Origin: Panacagrimonas sp.
GTDB lineage: Bacteria; Pseudomonadota; Gammaproteobacteria; Nevskiales; Nevskiaceae
Assembly (NCBI GenBank): GCA_041635265.1
Contig: JBFJJV010000001.1
Span: 1,318 to 65,317 of the forward strand
DNA: 64,000 bases
Direction: 5' to 3'
This document shows positions 1-9,614 of this stretch, piece after piece. The position numbers and the translations under genes are program-made. How positions within the stretch are numbered: position 1 is the first letter of the stretch; each line of letters begins with the position of its first letter. The notes below the pieces were generated by a model, which saw nothing but the letters and a program-made list of their open reading frames with translations, ran no database searches and was not told where the DNA came from.

Positions 1-317
1 CGCGTGATGGACGCCAGAAGCCTGGGCAGCGCAACAAGATTTCTTTTTCTTCTGGGCATGTCGGACGCAGCGGATCGTGGATAAGGGTGCGCAGTTCGGG
101 CAATCGCATCTGATCAGACTTACGCAGCCCCTAGCTCAAGCACGGGGACGATCGGGCGATCAATCACAATCGAATCACTTGCGCATACCAGAACCCGGCG
201 CGAAATCCGTGGTCCAAGCACGCATGCACCGCGCGAGGAGAAAAATGCTCGGCCGACGCAATTCTATTCCTCCTTCAGTATTGACGTAGGCCTGCTTCCG
301 ACGAACGGCGCGAACAT

Positions 318-334
318 CGGCATACAATGTGCAA
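318..334 (+). promoter_or_regulatory. candidate sigma-54 (-24/-12) promoter upstream of prkA
   Basis: cGGCATacaatGTGCA has GG at 319-320 and GC at 331-332 with the canonical 10-nt spacing. It lies about 58 nt upstream of the prkA ATG. There are two mismatches to TGGCAC-N5-TTGCA, and no enhancer site was identified. Confidence 0.3.
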
Positions 335-391
335 TGCTGCTTTGGCAGTGGTTCCAGACTGATCAATCGCAATTCCGTGGAGGCGCGAAAG

Positions 392-2314
392 ATGAATATC
401 TTTGATTCGTACCGAGAACAGTATCTCAGTGCACGCGATGAGGAGATGTCCTTGCTGGACTACCTTGATCTGTGCAAAAAAGATCCCATGGCCTACGCCT
501 CGCCAGCCGAGCGCATGCTCAAGGCCATCGGTGATCCGGAGGTGGTTGATACCCGCAACAATCCGCGCCTTTCGCGCATCTTTTCCAACCGCATCATTCG
601 ACGTTATCCGGCCTTCCAGGAATTCTTCGGACTCGAAGATGTCATCGGTCAGGTCGTTGCGTTCTTCAAGCACGCGGCACAAGGCCTGGAGGAACGCAAA
701 CAGGTCCTCTACCTGCTCGGGCCGGTCGGCGGCGGCAAGTCCTCTATCGCCGAGAAACTGAAGACCTTGATGGAGGCCTACCCCATCTATGCGCTGGCAG
801 GCTCTCCGGTCAACGAGACTCCACTGGGCCTGTTCAGTCCGGAACGTGACGGCAGCGCCCTGGAAAAGGAATACGGCATCCCGCGCCGCTACCTTACGGG
901 CGTGGCGTCGCCCTGGGCGGTCAAGCGTCTGGCCGAATTCGAGGGCGACCTGAGCAAATTCCGCGTCGTGCGTGTTCAACCTTCCGTGCTCAAGCAGATC
1001 GCCATTACCAAGACCGAGCCCGGTGACGAAAACAATCAGGACATTTCTTCTCTGGTCGGCAAAGTGGACATCCGCAAGTTGGAATCTTTCTCGCAGGATG
1101 ATCCGGACGCCTACAGCTATTCTGGCGGTCTATGTCTGGCCAACCAGGGCCTGCTTGAATTTGTGGAGATGTTCAAAGCGCCGATCAAGATGCTTCACCC
1201 GCTTCTGACGGCAACGCAGGAGGGGAATTTCAAGGGTACGGAAGGTTTCTCTGCCATCCCATTCAACGGCATCATCCTCGCGCACTCCAATGAAAGCGAG
1301 TGGCAGAGTTTTCGCAACAATCGTCACAACGAGGCCTTTCTGGACCGCGTTTATATTGTCAAAGTGCCGTATTGCCTGCAGGTCTCGGAAGAGGTGGAGA
1401 TCTACCGCAAGCTGATGAACAACAGCTCGCTGGCCGATGCCCCCTGCGCACCCGGCACGCTGGAGATGATGGCGCAGTTCTCGGTGCTCACACGGCTCAA
1501 AGAACCGGAGAACAGCAGCGTTTATTCAAAGATGCGGATTTATGACGGTGAGAATCTGAAAGATACAGACCCGTCCGCCAAATCTTTTCAGGAGTACCGT
1601 GATTACGCCGGAGTCGACGAAGGCATGAATGGCTCGTCCACCCGCTTTGCATACAAGGTGCTGTCCTCGGTCTTCAACTACGATCAGACCGAAGTTGCCG
1701 CTAATCCGGTTCACCTGATGTATGTGCTTGAACAGCGCATCCTGGGCGAGCAGTTTCCACCGGATCAGCAGCGCAACTATCTGGAGTTCATCAAGGGCTG
1801 GCTGGCGCCGCGCTACGCTGAGTTCATCGGCAAGGAAATTCAGACCGCCTATCTCGAAAGTTACTCCGAGTACGGGCAGAACATCTTTGATCGCTACGTC
1901 ACATTTGCGGATTACTGGATTCAGAACGAAGACTATCGCGACCCCGAAACCGGTGAATCCTTTGACCGCGGTTCACTCAACAGTGAACTGGAGAAAATCG
2001 AAAAACCGGCGGGCATCGCAAACCCCAAGGATTTCCGTAACGAAATCGTCAATTTTGTGCTGCGCGCACGCGCTCAGCATGGCGGTAAGAATCCGAAGTG
2101 GACCAGCTACGAGAAACTTCGCGAAGTAATCGAAAAGAAGATGTTTTCCTCGACCGAAGACCTGCTGCCGGTCATTTCCTTCAATGCCAAGGCTTCAAAA
2201 GAGGACCAGGAAAAACACGGGAATTTCGTGAGCCGCATGGTCGAGAAAGGCTACACCGAGAAGCAGGTCCGCCTCTTGTCCGAGTGGTATCTGCGCGTAC
2301 GGAAGTCTGCTTAA
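392..2314 (+). CDS. prkA: PrkA/YeaG family serine protein kinase (AAA-type)
   Basis: 640-aa product with Walker A LLGPVGGGKSS and full-length resemblance to PrkA/YeaG. GGAGG lies at 379-383 ahead of ATG 392. The upstream extension in the ORF track (329) is not needed. Confidence 0.93.
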   Translation: MNIFDSYREQYLSARDEEMSLLDYLDLCKKDPMAYASPAERMLKAIGDPEVVDTRNNPRLSRIFSNRIIRRYPAFQEFFGLEDVIGQVVAFFKHAAQGLEERKQVLYLLGPVGGGKSSIAEKLKTLMEAYPIYALAGSPVNETPLGLFSPERDGSALEKEYGIPRRYLTGVASPWAVKRLAEFEGDLSKFRVVRVQPSVLKQIAITKTEPGDENNQDISSLVGKVDIRKLESFSQDDPDAYSYSGGLCLANQGLLEFVEMFKAPIKMLHPLLTATQEGNFKGTEGFSAIPFNGIILAHSNESEWQSFRNNRHNEAFLDRVYIVKVPYCLQVSEEVEIYRKLMNNSSLADAPCAPGTLEMMAQFSVLTRLKEPENSSVYSKMRIYDGENLKDTDPSAKSFQEYRDYAGVDEGMNGSSTRFAYKVLSSVFNYDQTEVAANPVHLMYVLEQRILGEQFPPDQQRNYLEFIKGWLAPRYAEFIGKEIQTAYLESYSEYGQNIFDRYVTFADYWIQNEDYRDPETGESFDRGSLNSELEKIEKPAGIANPKDFRNEIVNFVLRARAQHGGKNPKWTSYEKLREVIEKKMFSSTEDLLPVISFNAKASKEDQEKHGNFVSRMVEKGYTEKQVRLLSEWYLRVRKSA

Positions 2315-2324
2315 GGGCGGGCTC

Positions 2325-3575
2325 ATGTCGATCATTATCGACAGACGACTCAACGATCGAAACAAGAGCGCAGTCAATCGCGCACGCTTCATCAGGCGCT
2401 ACAAAAATCAGATCAAACGGGCGGTAGATGATCTGGTCGCGCGCCGCAAGATCACCGATATGGAACGAAGTGGCGATGTCAGCATTCCGGCCCGCGACAT
2501 CAAAGAGCCCACTTTTCGCCACGGACCAGGCGGGGATCAGGAATACGTTCTGCCAGGCAATCACTCGTTCCATTCAGGCGATCAGATCCAGCGTCCACCG
2601 CAACAGGGCGGCAGCGGCGGCGCGGGAGAGGGCGACGGCGAGGCCGCGCAGGACGAATTCATCTTCACGCTCTCGCGCGAAGAGTTCATGAATCTGTTTT
2701 TTGACGATCTGGAATTGCCACACCTGATCCGAAATGCGCTCGCTGATATTCGCGAATTCAAATATCAGCGAGCGGGCTATACGCCCAGCGGAGTTCCATC
2801 CAATCTGGCCGTGGGCCGATCTCTGCAAAACGCAATTGCACGGCGCATCGCTCTGAGGGCGCCACTAAAACGTCAGATCGCGGAACTGCAAGCACAGGAG
2901 ACGAGTCAGAGCGATCTTGTTGCTCTGGCTGACAGCGAATCTGAAATTGCCGAGTTGAAGAAACGGATGGCGCGCATTCCCTTCCTGGATGAGATTGATC
3001 TGCGTTTTCGTCATCGAGTAAAGATACCTCAGCCGATTTCCCGCGCGGTGATGTTTTGCCTGATGGATGTTTCGGCCTCGATGACCGAAGACAAGAAGGA
3101 TCTGGCCAAGCGCTTCTTCACACTGCTGTATCTATTTCTGTCGCGCAAATACGAGCGCGTAGAGATCGTGTTTATCCGCCACACGGATAATGCACAGGAG
3201 GTCGATGAAGATTGTTTTTTCAACGATACGCAAAGCGGTGGCACCGTGGTTCAGTCGGCTCTGAACCTGATGATCGAAATTATTGCAGATCGCTATCCAG
3301 CCGACGGCTACAACATCTATGGCGCACAGGTTTCCGATGGTGATGCCTTTGGCGCGGACCCGGAGAAAAGCCGGGCGCTGGTCAGTGACAAGCTGCTGCC
3401 CCTGTGCCGCTACTACAGCTATATCGAAACGCCGGATGATAAAGAGCGCCTCAGCCCCCTGAGTTATGCCTACTCGCGCATCGACTCTCCGAAGTTCGCG
3501 ATGAGAAGCGTGATTGCGCGCAGCGAGGTGTATCCGGTGCTGCGTGATCTTTTCAAGAAGGAATCGGCGAGATGA
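2325..3575 (+). CDS. yeaH: YeaH/YhbH family protein (DUF444, VWA-like)
   Basis: 416 aa, 10 nt after the prkA stop. Carries a MIDAS-like motif LMDVSASM and the Gly-rich linker typical of YeaH. Confidence 0.9.
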   Translation: MSIIIDRRLNDRNKSAVNRARFIRRYKNQIKRAVDDLVARRKITDMERSGDVSIPARDIKEPTFRHGPGGDQEYVLPGNHSFHSGDQIQRPPQQGGSGGAGEGDGEAAQDEFIFTLSREEFMNLFFDDLELPHLIRNALADIREFKYQRAGYTPSGVPSNLAVGRSLQNAIARRIALRAPLKRQIAELQAQETSQSDLVALADSESEIAELKKRMARIPFLDEIDLRFRHRVKIPQPISRAVMFCLMDVSASMTEDKKDLAKRFFTLLYLFLSRKYERVEIVFIRHTDNAQEVDEDCFFNDTQSGGTVVQSALNLMIEIIADRYPADGYNIYGAQVSDGDAFGADPEKSRALVSDKLLPLCRYYSYIETPDDKERLSPLSYAYSRIDSPKFAMRSVIARSEVYPVLRDLFKKESAR

Positions 3576-5083
3576 GCGCCGATGGCAGCCCCGGCTATAT
3601 CTCCCGGGGCGCGGAATGGTCGTTTGATCTGATCGAGCGCTACGATCAGGCCATCTCGCGCATCGCGGTCGACGAATTTGCGCTGGACACCTACCCCAAC
3701 CAGATCGAAATCATTGCGTCCGAGCAGATGTTGGATGCCTACGCCAGCCTCGGCCTGCCCATCGGTTACCCGCATTGGAGCTATGGCAAGGAATTCATTC
3801 GCAACGAGGAACTGTACCGCAAGGGATCGCGCGGTCTGGCATATGAAATCGTCATCAACTCCAACCCCTGCATCGCTTATCTGATGGAAGAAAACACCAT
3901 GGCCATGCAGGCCCTGGTCATTGCGCACGCCTGTTACGGCCACAACAGCTTTTTCAAGAACAACTACCTGTTCAGACAGTGGACCAATGCGGACTCCATC
4001 ATCGACTACATGGTGTTTTCACGGCGCTATGTGATGGAGTGCGAACAGCGCCACGGCCATGAGGCGGTAGAGGAGACACTGGACTCCTGCCACGCGCTGA
4101 TGAGTCATGGCGTGGACCGTTTTCACCACCCGCAGCCACTTTCTGCCGAAGAAGAACAAAGCCGGGTACGAGAGCGCGAGGAATACAACTGGAAACGCTT
4201 CGATGATATATGGCGCACGGTGCCCAAGAAAAAGAAAAGCGCGCGCCAGAGCAACGAAGCCGGCTTTCCGGCGGAACCGCAGGAGAATCTGCTCTACTTC
4301 GTCGAGAAGCACGCGCCCAAGCTGGAACCCTGGCAGCGCGAACTGGTGCGCATCACACGCAAGATGGCTCAGTACTTTTATCCGCAGGGCCAGACCAAGG
4401 TGATGAATGAGGGCTGGGCGACGTTCTGGCACTACACCCTGCTCAATCGCCTATTCGACAAAGGTCTGGTCGATGCCGGTTTCATGATGGAAATCCTGCA
4501 GTCACATACCAATGTCATTGCCCAGCGCGGCTATGACCAGCCCGGCTATGGCGGCATCAATCCTTACGCGCTCGGATATTCCATGATGAGCGACCTGCGC
4601 CGCATCTGCACCCATCCGGAAGACGAGGACCGCCAGTGGTTTCCGGATATCGCCGGCAAGCCCTGGTTGGAAGTCATGGATTTTGCGATGCGCAATTACA
4701 AGGATGAATCCTTTATTGGCCAGTTCCTGTCGCCACGGCTCATGCGGGAATTTCATCTGTTCGCTATTGCAGATCACGAAAACAGCGAACACCTGCTGGT
4801 CGACTCGATTCACAATGAGGAGGGCTACGGCCGCCTGCGCCGCCTGATCGCAGGACAATACAACCGCGACTGGCTGGTTCCCGACATTCAAATTACACGA
4901 TACGACGTTTATGGCGACCGCACACTCACGGTTCAGCATCGCCGTCACCGCAACCGCCCTTTGGCTGAGGAGGCCGGAGAAGTGCTTAAGCATCTTGCGC
5001 GCCTCTGGGGCTTTCCCGTTGAACTGGAAAGCTGTGACGAACAAGGAAAATCACTCGGAAAACGGGATTTCAAGCCTGGTTGA
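3572..5083 (+). CDS. ycgB: SpoVR/YcgB family protein
   Basis: 503 aa. The ATGA start/stop overlap with yeaH at 3572-3575 suggests translational coupling. Conserved SpoVR blocks include HACYGHNSFFKNN and MNEGWATFWH. Confidence 0.9.
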   Translation: MSADGSPGYISRGAEWSFDLIERYDQAISRIAVDEFALDTYPNQIEIIASEQMLDAYASLGLPIGYPHWSYGKEFIRNEELYRKGSRGLAYEIVINSNPCIAYLMEENTMAMQALVIAHACYGHNSFFKNNYLFRQWTNADSIIDYMVFSRRYVMECEQRHGHEAVEETLDSCHALMSHGVDRFHHPQPLSAEEEQSRVREREEYNWKRFDDIWRTVPKKKKSARQSNEAGFPAEPQENLLYFVEKHAPKLEPWQRELVRITRKMAQYFYPQGQTKVMNEGWATFWHYTLLNRLFDKGLVDAGFMMEILQSHTNVIAQRGYDQPGYGGINPYALGYSMMSDLRRICTHPEDEDRQWFPDIAGKPWLEVMDFAMRNYKDESFIGQFLSPRLMREFHLFAIADHENSEHLLVDSIHNEEGYGRLRRLIAGQYNRDWLVPDIQITRYDVYGDRTLTVQHRRHRNRPLAEEAGEVLKHLARLWGFPVELESCDEQGKSLGKRDFKPG

Positions 5084-5187
5084 GCCGAATTGACTGGACG
5101 CAAGCTGCCGGTATCTATAGGGTCGCGGCCCGATCCTTGCGATGATTCTAAAATCCTCGACAGCTTCTTCTTAAACACTGACTAGCC

Positions 5188-6537
5188 ATGCCAGATAGCG
5201 CTACCGAAAGCCCGGTCCGACGCCTGCGCGCTGCGCTGGACAGCGGCCGCTGGGCGCCGGTCATGCCACTGCTGGCATCGCTTAACCCGGCCGAGATTGC
5301 CAATCTGCTGTCCTCGCTACCAGAACGCGAGCGCAATCTGGTCTGGGAGATGGTCAATCCGGAGAACGATGGGGAGGTGCTGCTGCATCTGCCGGAGGAC
5401 GTTCGCGAGGGTCTGATCAGGCAGATGGACACCGAGGAACTGGTGGCCGCAGCCGAAGATCTGGACATCGATGATCTGGCCGACTTCGTCGACTCCCTGC
5501 CGGAAACGGTCACGCGTCAGGTCATGCGGGCGCTGTCAGATGCCGATCGCTCGCGCCTCGAAACCGTTCTTGAGTACGACCCCGACACCGCCGGCGGCCT
5601 GATGAACACTGACACGGTGACGGTACGTCCCGATGTCACCCTGGAAGTGGTCATGCGCTATCTGCGCATGCGCGGCGAGTTGCCAGCACATACGGATTCC
5701 CTGTTCGTGGTCGACGCCTATGGGCGCTATCTCGGGCGACTGCCACTCGACCGCATTCTCACCCGCAGTGCGGACGCCACCGTCGGTGACATCATGGATC
5801 GTGATCAGGAGGCCATTCCGGTCACTATGGCGGCGCGCGCAGTCGGACAGGAATTTCAGACATCGGATCTGGTGTCCGCCGCGGTCATATCTGGCGACAG
5901 CAACAAGCTGGTCGGGCGCATCACCATTGATGACGTGGTCGACGTGATTCGCGCCGACGCTGAACATAATTTACTGTCCATGGCCGGTCTGGACGAAGAC
6001 GTCGACCTTTTCGCGCCGGTCTATCAGGCCTCGCGCCGTCGCGCTCTATGGCTCGGCATCAATCTTGCCACCGCTTTTCTGGCCTCGTCTGTCGTCGGCC
6101 TGTTTGAAGCAACGATCGAGCAAGTGGTGGCCTTGGCAGTGCTGATGCCCATCGTCGCCAGCATGGGCGGCATCGCCGCGAGCCAGATCGTGGCCTTGAT
6201 GGTGCGCGGCATCGCGCTGGGCCAGATCGGAGAGGGCAATATTGGCGCCCTGCTACGCAAGGAATTGACGGTGGCCCTGATCAATGGCGTTTTGTGGGGC
6301 AGCACCGTTGCGGTCATAACCTACTGGTGGTTTGACTCCGCCATGATCGGTCTGGTCATCGGCATGGCCTTGCTGTTGAACCTGTTGCTGGCGGCGGCCT
6401 CCGGCTTGCTGGTGCCGCTGATGCTGCGCCGACTGGGACAGGACCCGGCCTTGGCCGGCAGCGTGATCGTCACGACGATTACCGATGTCATGGGCTTTTT
6501 CCTGTTTCTGGGCCTCGGCGCGCTGATTCTGATCTGA
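5188..6537 (+). CDS. mgtE: magnesium transporter MgtE
   Basis: 449 aa with an N-terminal MgtE-N domain, a tandem CBS region and a C-terminal 5-TM domain ending ITDVMGFFLFLG. Confidence 0.92.
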   Translation: MPDSATESPVRRLRAALDSGRWAPVMPLLASLNPAEIANLLSSLPERERNLVWEMVNPENDGEVLLHLPEDVREGLIRQMDTEELVAAAEDLDIDDLADFVDSLPETVTRQVMRALSDADRSRLETVLEYDPDTAGGLMNTDTVTVRPDVTLEVVMRYLRMRGELPAHTDSLFVVDAYGRYLGRLPLDRILTRSADATVGDIMDRDQEAIPVTMAARAVGQEFQTSDLVSAAVISGDSNKLVGRITIDDVVDVIRADAEHNLLSMAGLDEDVDLFAPVYQASRRRALWLGINLATAFLASSVVGLFEATIEQVVALAVLMPIVASMGGIAASQIVALMVRGIALGQIGEGNIGALLRKELTVALINGVLWGSTVAVITYWWFDSAMIGLVIGMALLLNLLLAAASGLLVPLMLRRLGQDPALAGSVIVTTITDVMGFFLFLGLGALILI

Positions 6538-6597
6538 GTCCGAAACTGACTCGCACCGTGGCCTTGCAAAGGTCATCATGAGGCTCACACTCAGGGA

Positions 6598-7668
6598 ATG
6601 GACATGGACAAGCAGGCGCAGTTTTCCGGGACCGCAGAAGTTCGCAGCCAGCATCGCTTCGATGAACAGAAATTGCTCGTCTGGATGCAGGAGCATGTCG
6701 AGGATTTTTCGGGTCCGCTGCGGGTAGAGCAATTCAAAGGCGGACAGTCGAACCCGACCTACAAGCTTTTTACTCCGCAGAAGAATTATGTGCTCCGGCG
6801 CAAGCCCCCTGGTCAACTGCTCAAATCCGCACACGCGGTAGATCGCGAATATCGGGTCATTTCAGCGCTGCACGGCGTGGAATTCCCGGTCGCCAGAACC
6901 TACGGCCTGTGTACCGACGAATCGCTCATCGGCACCTGGTTCTATGTCATGGATTGCGTTGATGGTCGCATCATCTGGGACACCTCTTTTCCGGACGTCT
7001 CCAGAGCAGAACGCGCCGCCTATTTTGATGCCATGAATTCGGTGATGGCACAGCTGCACACGATCGATTACGCGAAAATCGGGCTGGCCGACTACGGCAA
7101 GACCGGCAATTATTTTGAGCGACAGATCGGTCGCTGGTCCAAGCAATACCTGGCGGATGAAGCCGCTGGCCGAGTTGCCGACATGGACAAGCTGGTCGAC
7201 TGGCTCCCCGCAAATATACCGCCAGGCGACGAAACCACCATCGTCCACGGTGATTATCGCTGTGACAATATGATCTTCCATCCCACTGAGCCGCGTGTGC
7301 TGGCGGTGCTGGATTGGGAACTTTCCACCCTCGGGCATCCGCTCGGCGACTTCACCTATCACCTCATGATGTACCGCATGCCACCCGGCGTCACTGCAGG
7401 ACTGGTGGGTACGAATCTGGAGGCCATGGGCATCCCCTCAGAAGCCGAGTACGTCAAAAATTACTGTGCGCGCACCGGTCGCGCGCGCATCGAGAATCTC
7501 GATTTCTATCTGGCCTTCAATATGTTTCGCCTCGCCGCGATTCTGCACGGTATCCGCGGCCGCGTCGCACGAGGAACTGCCGCCAGCGAACACGCCAAAA
7601 CCATGGCCTCGTTTGTTGAGCCGCTGGCAGCAATGGCCTGGCAGCAGATCAGGATCGAGTCAGGCTAG
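6598..7668 (+). CDS. phosphotransferase-family kinase (APH/ACAD10-like)
   Basis: 356 aa with the catalytic loop HGDYRCDNMIF followed by VLDWELS, as in aminoglycoside/choline-kinase-fold enzymes. Confidence 0.8.
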   Translation: MDMDKQAQFSGTAEVRSQHRFDEQKLLVWMQEHVEDFSGPLRVEQFKGGQSNPTYKLFTPQKNYVLRRKPPGQLLKSAHAVDREYRVISALHGVEFPVARTYGLCTDESLIGTWFYVMDCVDGRIIWDTSFPDVSRAERAAYFDAMNSVMAQLHTIDYAKIGLADYGKTGNYFERQIGRWSKQYLADEAAGRVADMDKLVDWLPANIPPGDETTIVHGDYRCDNMIFHPTEPRVLAVLDWELSTLGHPLGDFTYHLMMYRMPPGVTAGLVGTNLEAMGIPSEAEYVKNYCARTGRARIENLDFYLAFNMFRLAAILHGIRGRVARGTAASEHAKTMASFVEPLAAMAWQQIRIESG

Positions 7669-7676
7669 CTGATCAG

Positions 7677-8189
7677 CTACTCAGGTATCTGTATCGGCTG
7701 CACGTCACCGCAGTCCGCCGACAGCCATTTGCCACTGAATTCAGTCTTCATGGTCATGGGCAAACCTTGGGCGGTGCCGCTGAAGTTGGAAACACCTGTA
7801 TAGCTTTCCGGGCCATTTAGCGTCATCTGCAGATCACCCTTGCCCTGAACACTGCCGTTGCACTCCACCTGGCCGGTGACCTGATCACCCTCTCGCTTCA
7901 CGTTCTTTGAGCTGCAGCCACTGTTGGCATCACTCATATTGGGCAGTTGCTGCCTGGCAATCTGCTCGGCGGTGAGACAGACATTGCTCGTCACCGGCTT
8001 GACGAAAGGCAAAGCAATGCCAGCCGCTTCCATCTGCGCCTGCATGGCCTCATCGATCTGCGGGAAGCCGCCGCCCATGGTGATCTTGACCGTGCTCGCC
8101 CATAGGCCTGGTTTCTGTGCGGAGGCTGCACCGACCGAAAGCGGCACCGACAGAATCAGGGTCGCCGCAAAAAACATGAATTTATTCAT
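7677..8189 (-). CDS. secreted/periplasmic protein, DUF3617-like
   Basis: Signal peptide MNKFMFFAATLILSVPLSVGAASA, then a PGLW motif and conserved Cys residues. Start chosen at the Met preceding the signal peptide; alternatives are 8201 and 8213. The family call is from memory. Confidence 0.6.
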   Translation of the reverse strand: MNKFMFFAATLILSVPLSVGAASAQKPGLWASTVKITMGGGFPQIDEAMQAQMEAAGIALPFVKPVTSNVCLTAEQIARQQLPNMSDANSGCSSKNVKREGDQVTGQVECNGSVQGKGDLQMTLNGPESYTGVSNFSGTAQGLPMTMKTEFSGKWLSADCGDVQPIQIPE

Positions 8190-8224
8190 TTCATTTCTCA
8201 TATTGCTAACCAACTCTGGATTGC

Positions 8225-9592
8225 TTATTCGCCGCCGGCGATGGTCATGTTTCCAATCAGCACCGAACCACAGCGGATGCCCGATCGTGTATCAACGTCG
8301 CTGGCCAGCGCCTGAATGTCGGCATACATCTGCAACAGATTGCCAGCGATCGTGACGCCATCCACCGGATGCTCGATCTGACCATTGCGCACCCAGAAAC
8401 CCGTCGCGCCACGCGAATAGTCTCCGGTCAGGCCATTGACGCCCTGGCCCATGAGCTCGGTCACGACAAATCCCTCTCCCATGCTGCGAATCAGGCTTTG
8501 CTGATCCTGCTCACCCGGTTTGACGATCAAGTTGAAAATGCCGCCGGCATTGCCCGTTGTCTCAAGATTCAGTTTGCGCGCGGAGTAGCTCCCCAGCAAC
8601 CAGCCGCGCAACACACCATCTTCGACCAGGACCCGGTTACGGGTGGCCACCCCTTCGTGATCAAAGGCCGAGCTGGAGGAGGCTTGCTCGATATAGGGCT
8701 GTTGCTCAAGCTGCACCCGCGACGAGAATACCGGTTCATTCATCTTGTCGAGCAGAAAACTGGCCTTGCGATAGAGCGCGCCGCCAGAAATCGCGGACAC
8801 GAAGTGACCAAACAAGCCGCGCGCCACTTCCGGCACAAATAAAATCGGCGCTGTTCGCGTCTTCAAGGTTTTGCCACCCAGCCGCGCCACCGCGCGCGCG
8901 CCGGCCTTGCGCCCTATCGCCTCAGCGCTATCCAGCTTGGACGGATTACGCCCCCCATCCCACCAGTAGTCTCGTTGCATGCCCTGATCGTCTGCAGCGA
9001 CCACTGAACAGCTCAGGCTGTGCTGCGTTCCTGACCGGGCACCCGCGAATCCGTGCGAATTGGCGTAGATCGAGATGCCGCGCTGGGTAGAGACGCCAGC
9101 GCCTTCGCTCTGCTGAATACGGCTATCCACGCCCAAACCCGCCGCCTCGCAGGCACGCGCGCGTTCAATGGCTTCCGCCGGACTCAGGTCCCAGGGGTGA
9201 TCCAGTTGCAGATCCGGAAATTGCGTGGCCATCAGGGCGGCGTCAGCAAGCCCTGCACAGGGGTCTTCTTCAGTGACCCTGGCAATCGTGGCGGCGGCCT
9301 CGACACAAGCGCGCAATCCGGCCTCGCTCAAATCTCCGGTCGAGGCATTACCGCGGCGCAGCCCGATGTACACGGTCACCCCCAGACTGCGATCGCGCTG
9401 AAACTCGAGACTTTCCACTTCGCCGTTGCGGACGCCAACGGAATATCCTCGGGAGTAGGACAGACTAGCCTCGGACTGGCTTGCACCCATATCACTGGCC
9501 ATCTGCACCACGCGGGCACTGAGCGCTTTGAGTTCTTCAGGCAGCGGCAGCGGCGCGCCCTGGTCGGAATCTTTCTTGCCGTTTGAATTCAT
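8225..9592 (-). CDS. pmbA: metalloprotease PmbA/TldE
   Basis: 455 aa with full-length resemblance to the TldD/PmbA family. The C-terminal block is GDYSRGATGFWVRNGQI. Confidence 0.9.
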   Translation of the reverse strand: MNSNGKKDSDQGAPLPLPEELKALSARVVQMASDMGASQSEASLSYSRGYSVGVRNGEVESLEFQRDRSLGVTVYIGLRRGNASTGDLSEAGLRACVEAAATIARVTEEDPCAGLADAALMATQFPDLQLDHPWDLSPAEAIERARACEAAGLGVDSRIQQSEGAGVSTQRGISIYANSHGFAGARSGTQHSLSCSVVAADDQGMQRDYWWDGGRNPSKLDSAEAIGRKAGARAVARLGGKTLKTRTAPILFVPEVARGLFGHFVSAISGGALYRKASFLLDKMNEPVFSSRVQLEQQPYIEQASSSSAFDHEGVATRNRVLVEDGVLRGWLLGSYSARKLNLETTGNAGGIFNLIVKPGEQDQQSLIRSMGEGFVVTELMGQGVNGLTGDYSRGATGFWVRNGQIEHPVDGVTIAGNLLQMYADIQALASDVDTRSGIRCGSVLIGNMTIAGGE

Positions 9593-9614
9593 GAATTCTC
9601 GAAAATTTGTCTAA

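Noticed and set aside
1-84. Frame-1 open reading frame running off the left edge and ending at TAA 82-84.
   Set aside because: With only 27 codons and no recognisable motif, it cannot be distinguished from non-coding sequence.
275-979. 234-aa minus-strand ORF overlapping the prkA 5' region, plus several other long antisense ORFs. Examples: 4502-5044, 8369-9586, 9972-10604, 13594-14217, 42163-42966, 46012-47034, 57430-58069.
   Set aside because: They lie antisense to genes with unmistakable family signatures. They are rich in Arg/Ala/Gly as expected for GC-rich antisense frames, and none shows a recognisable motif.
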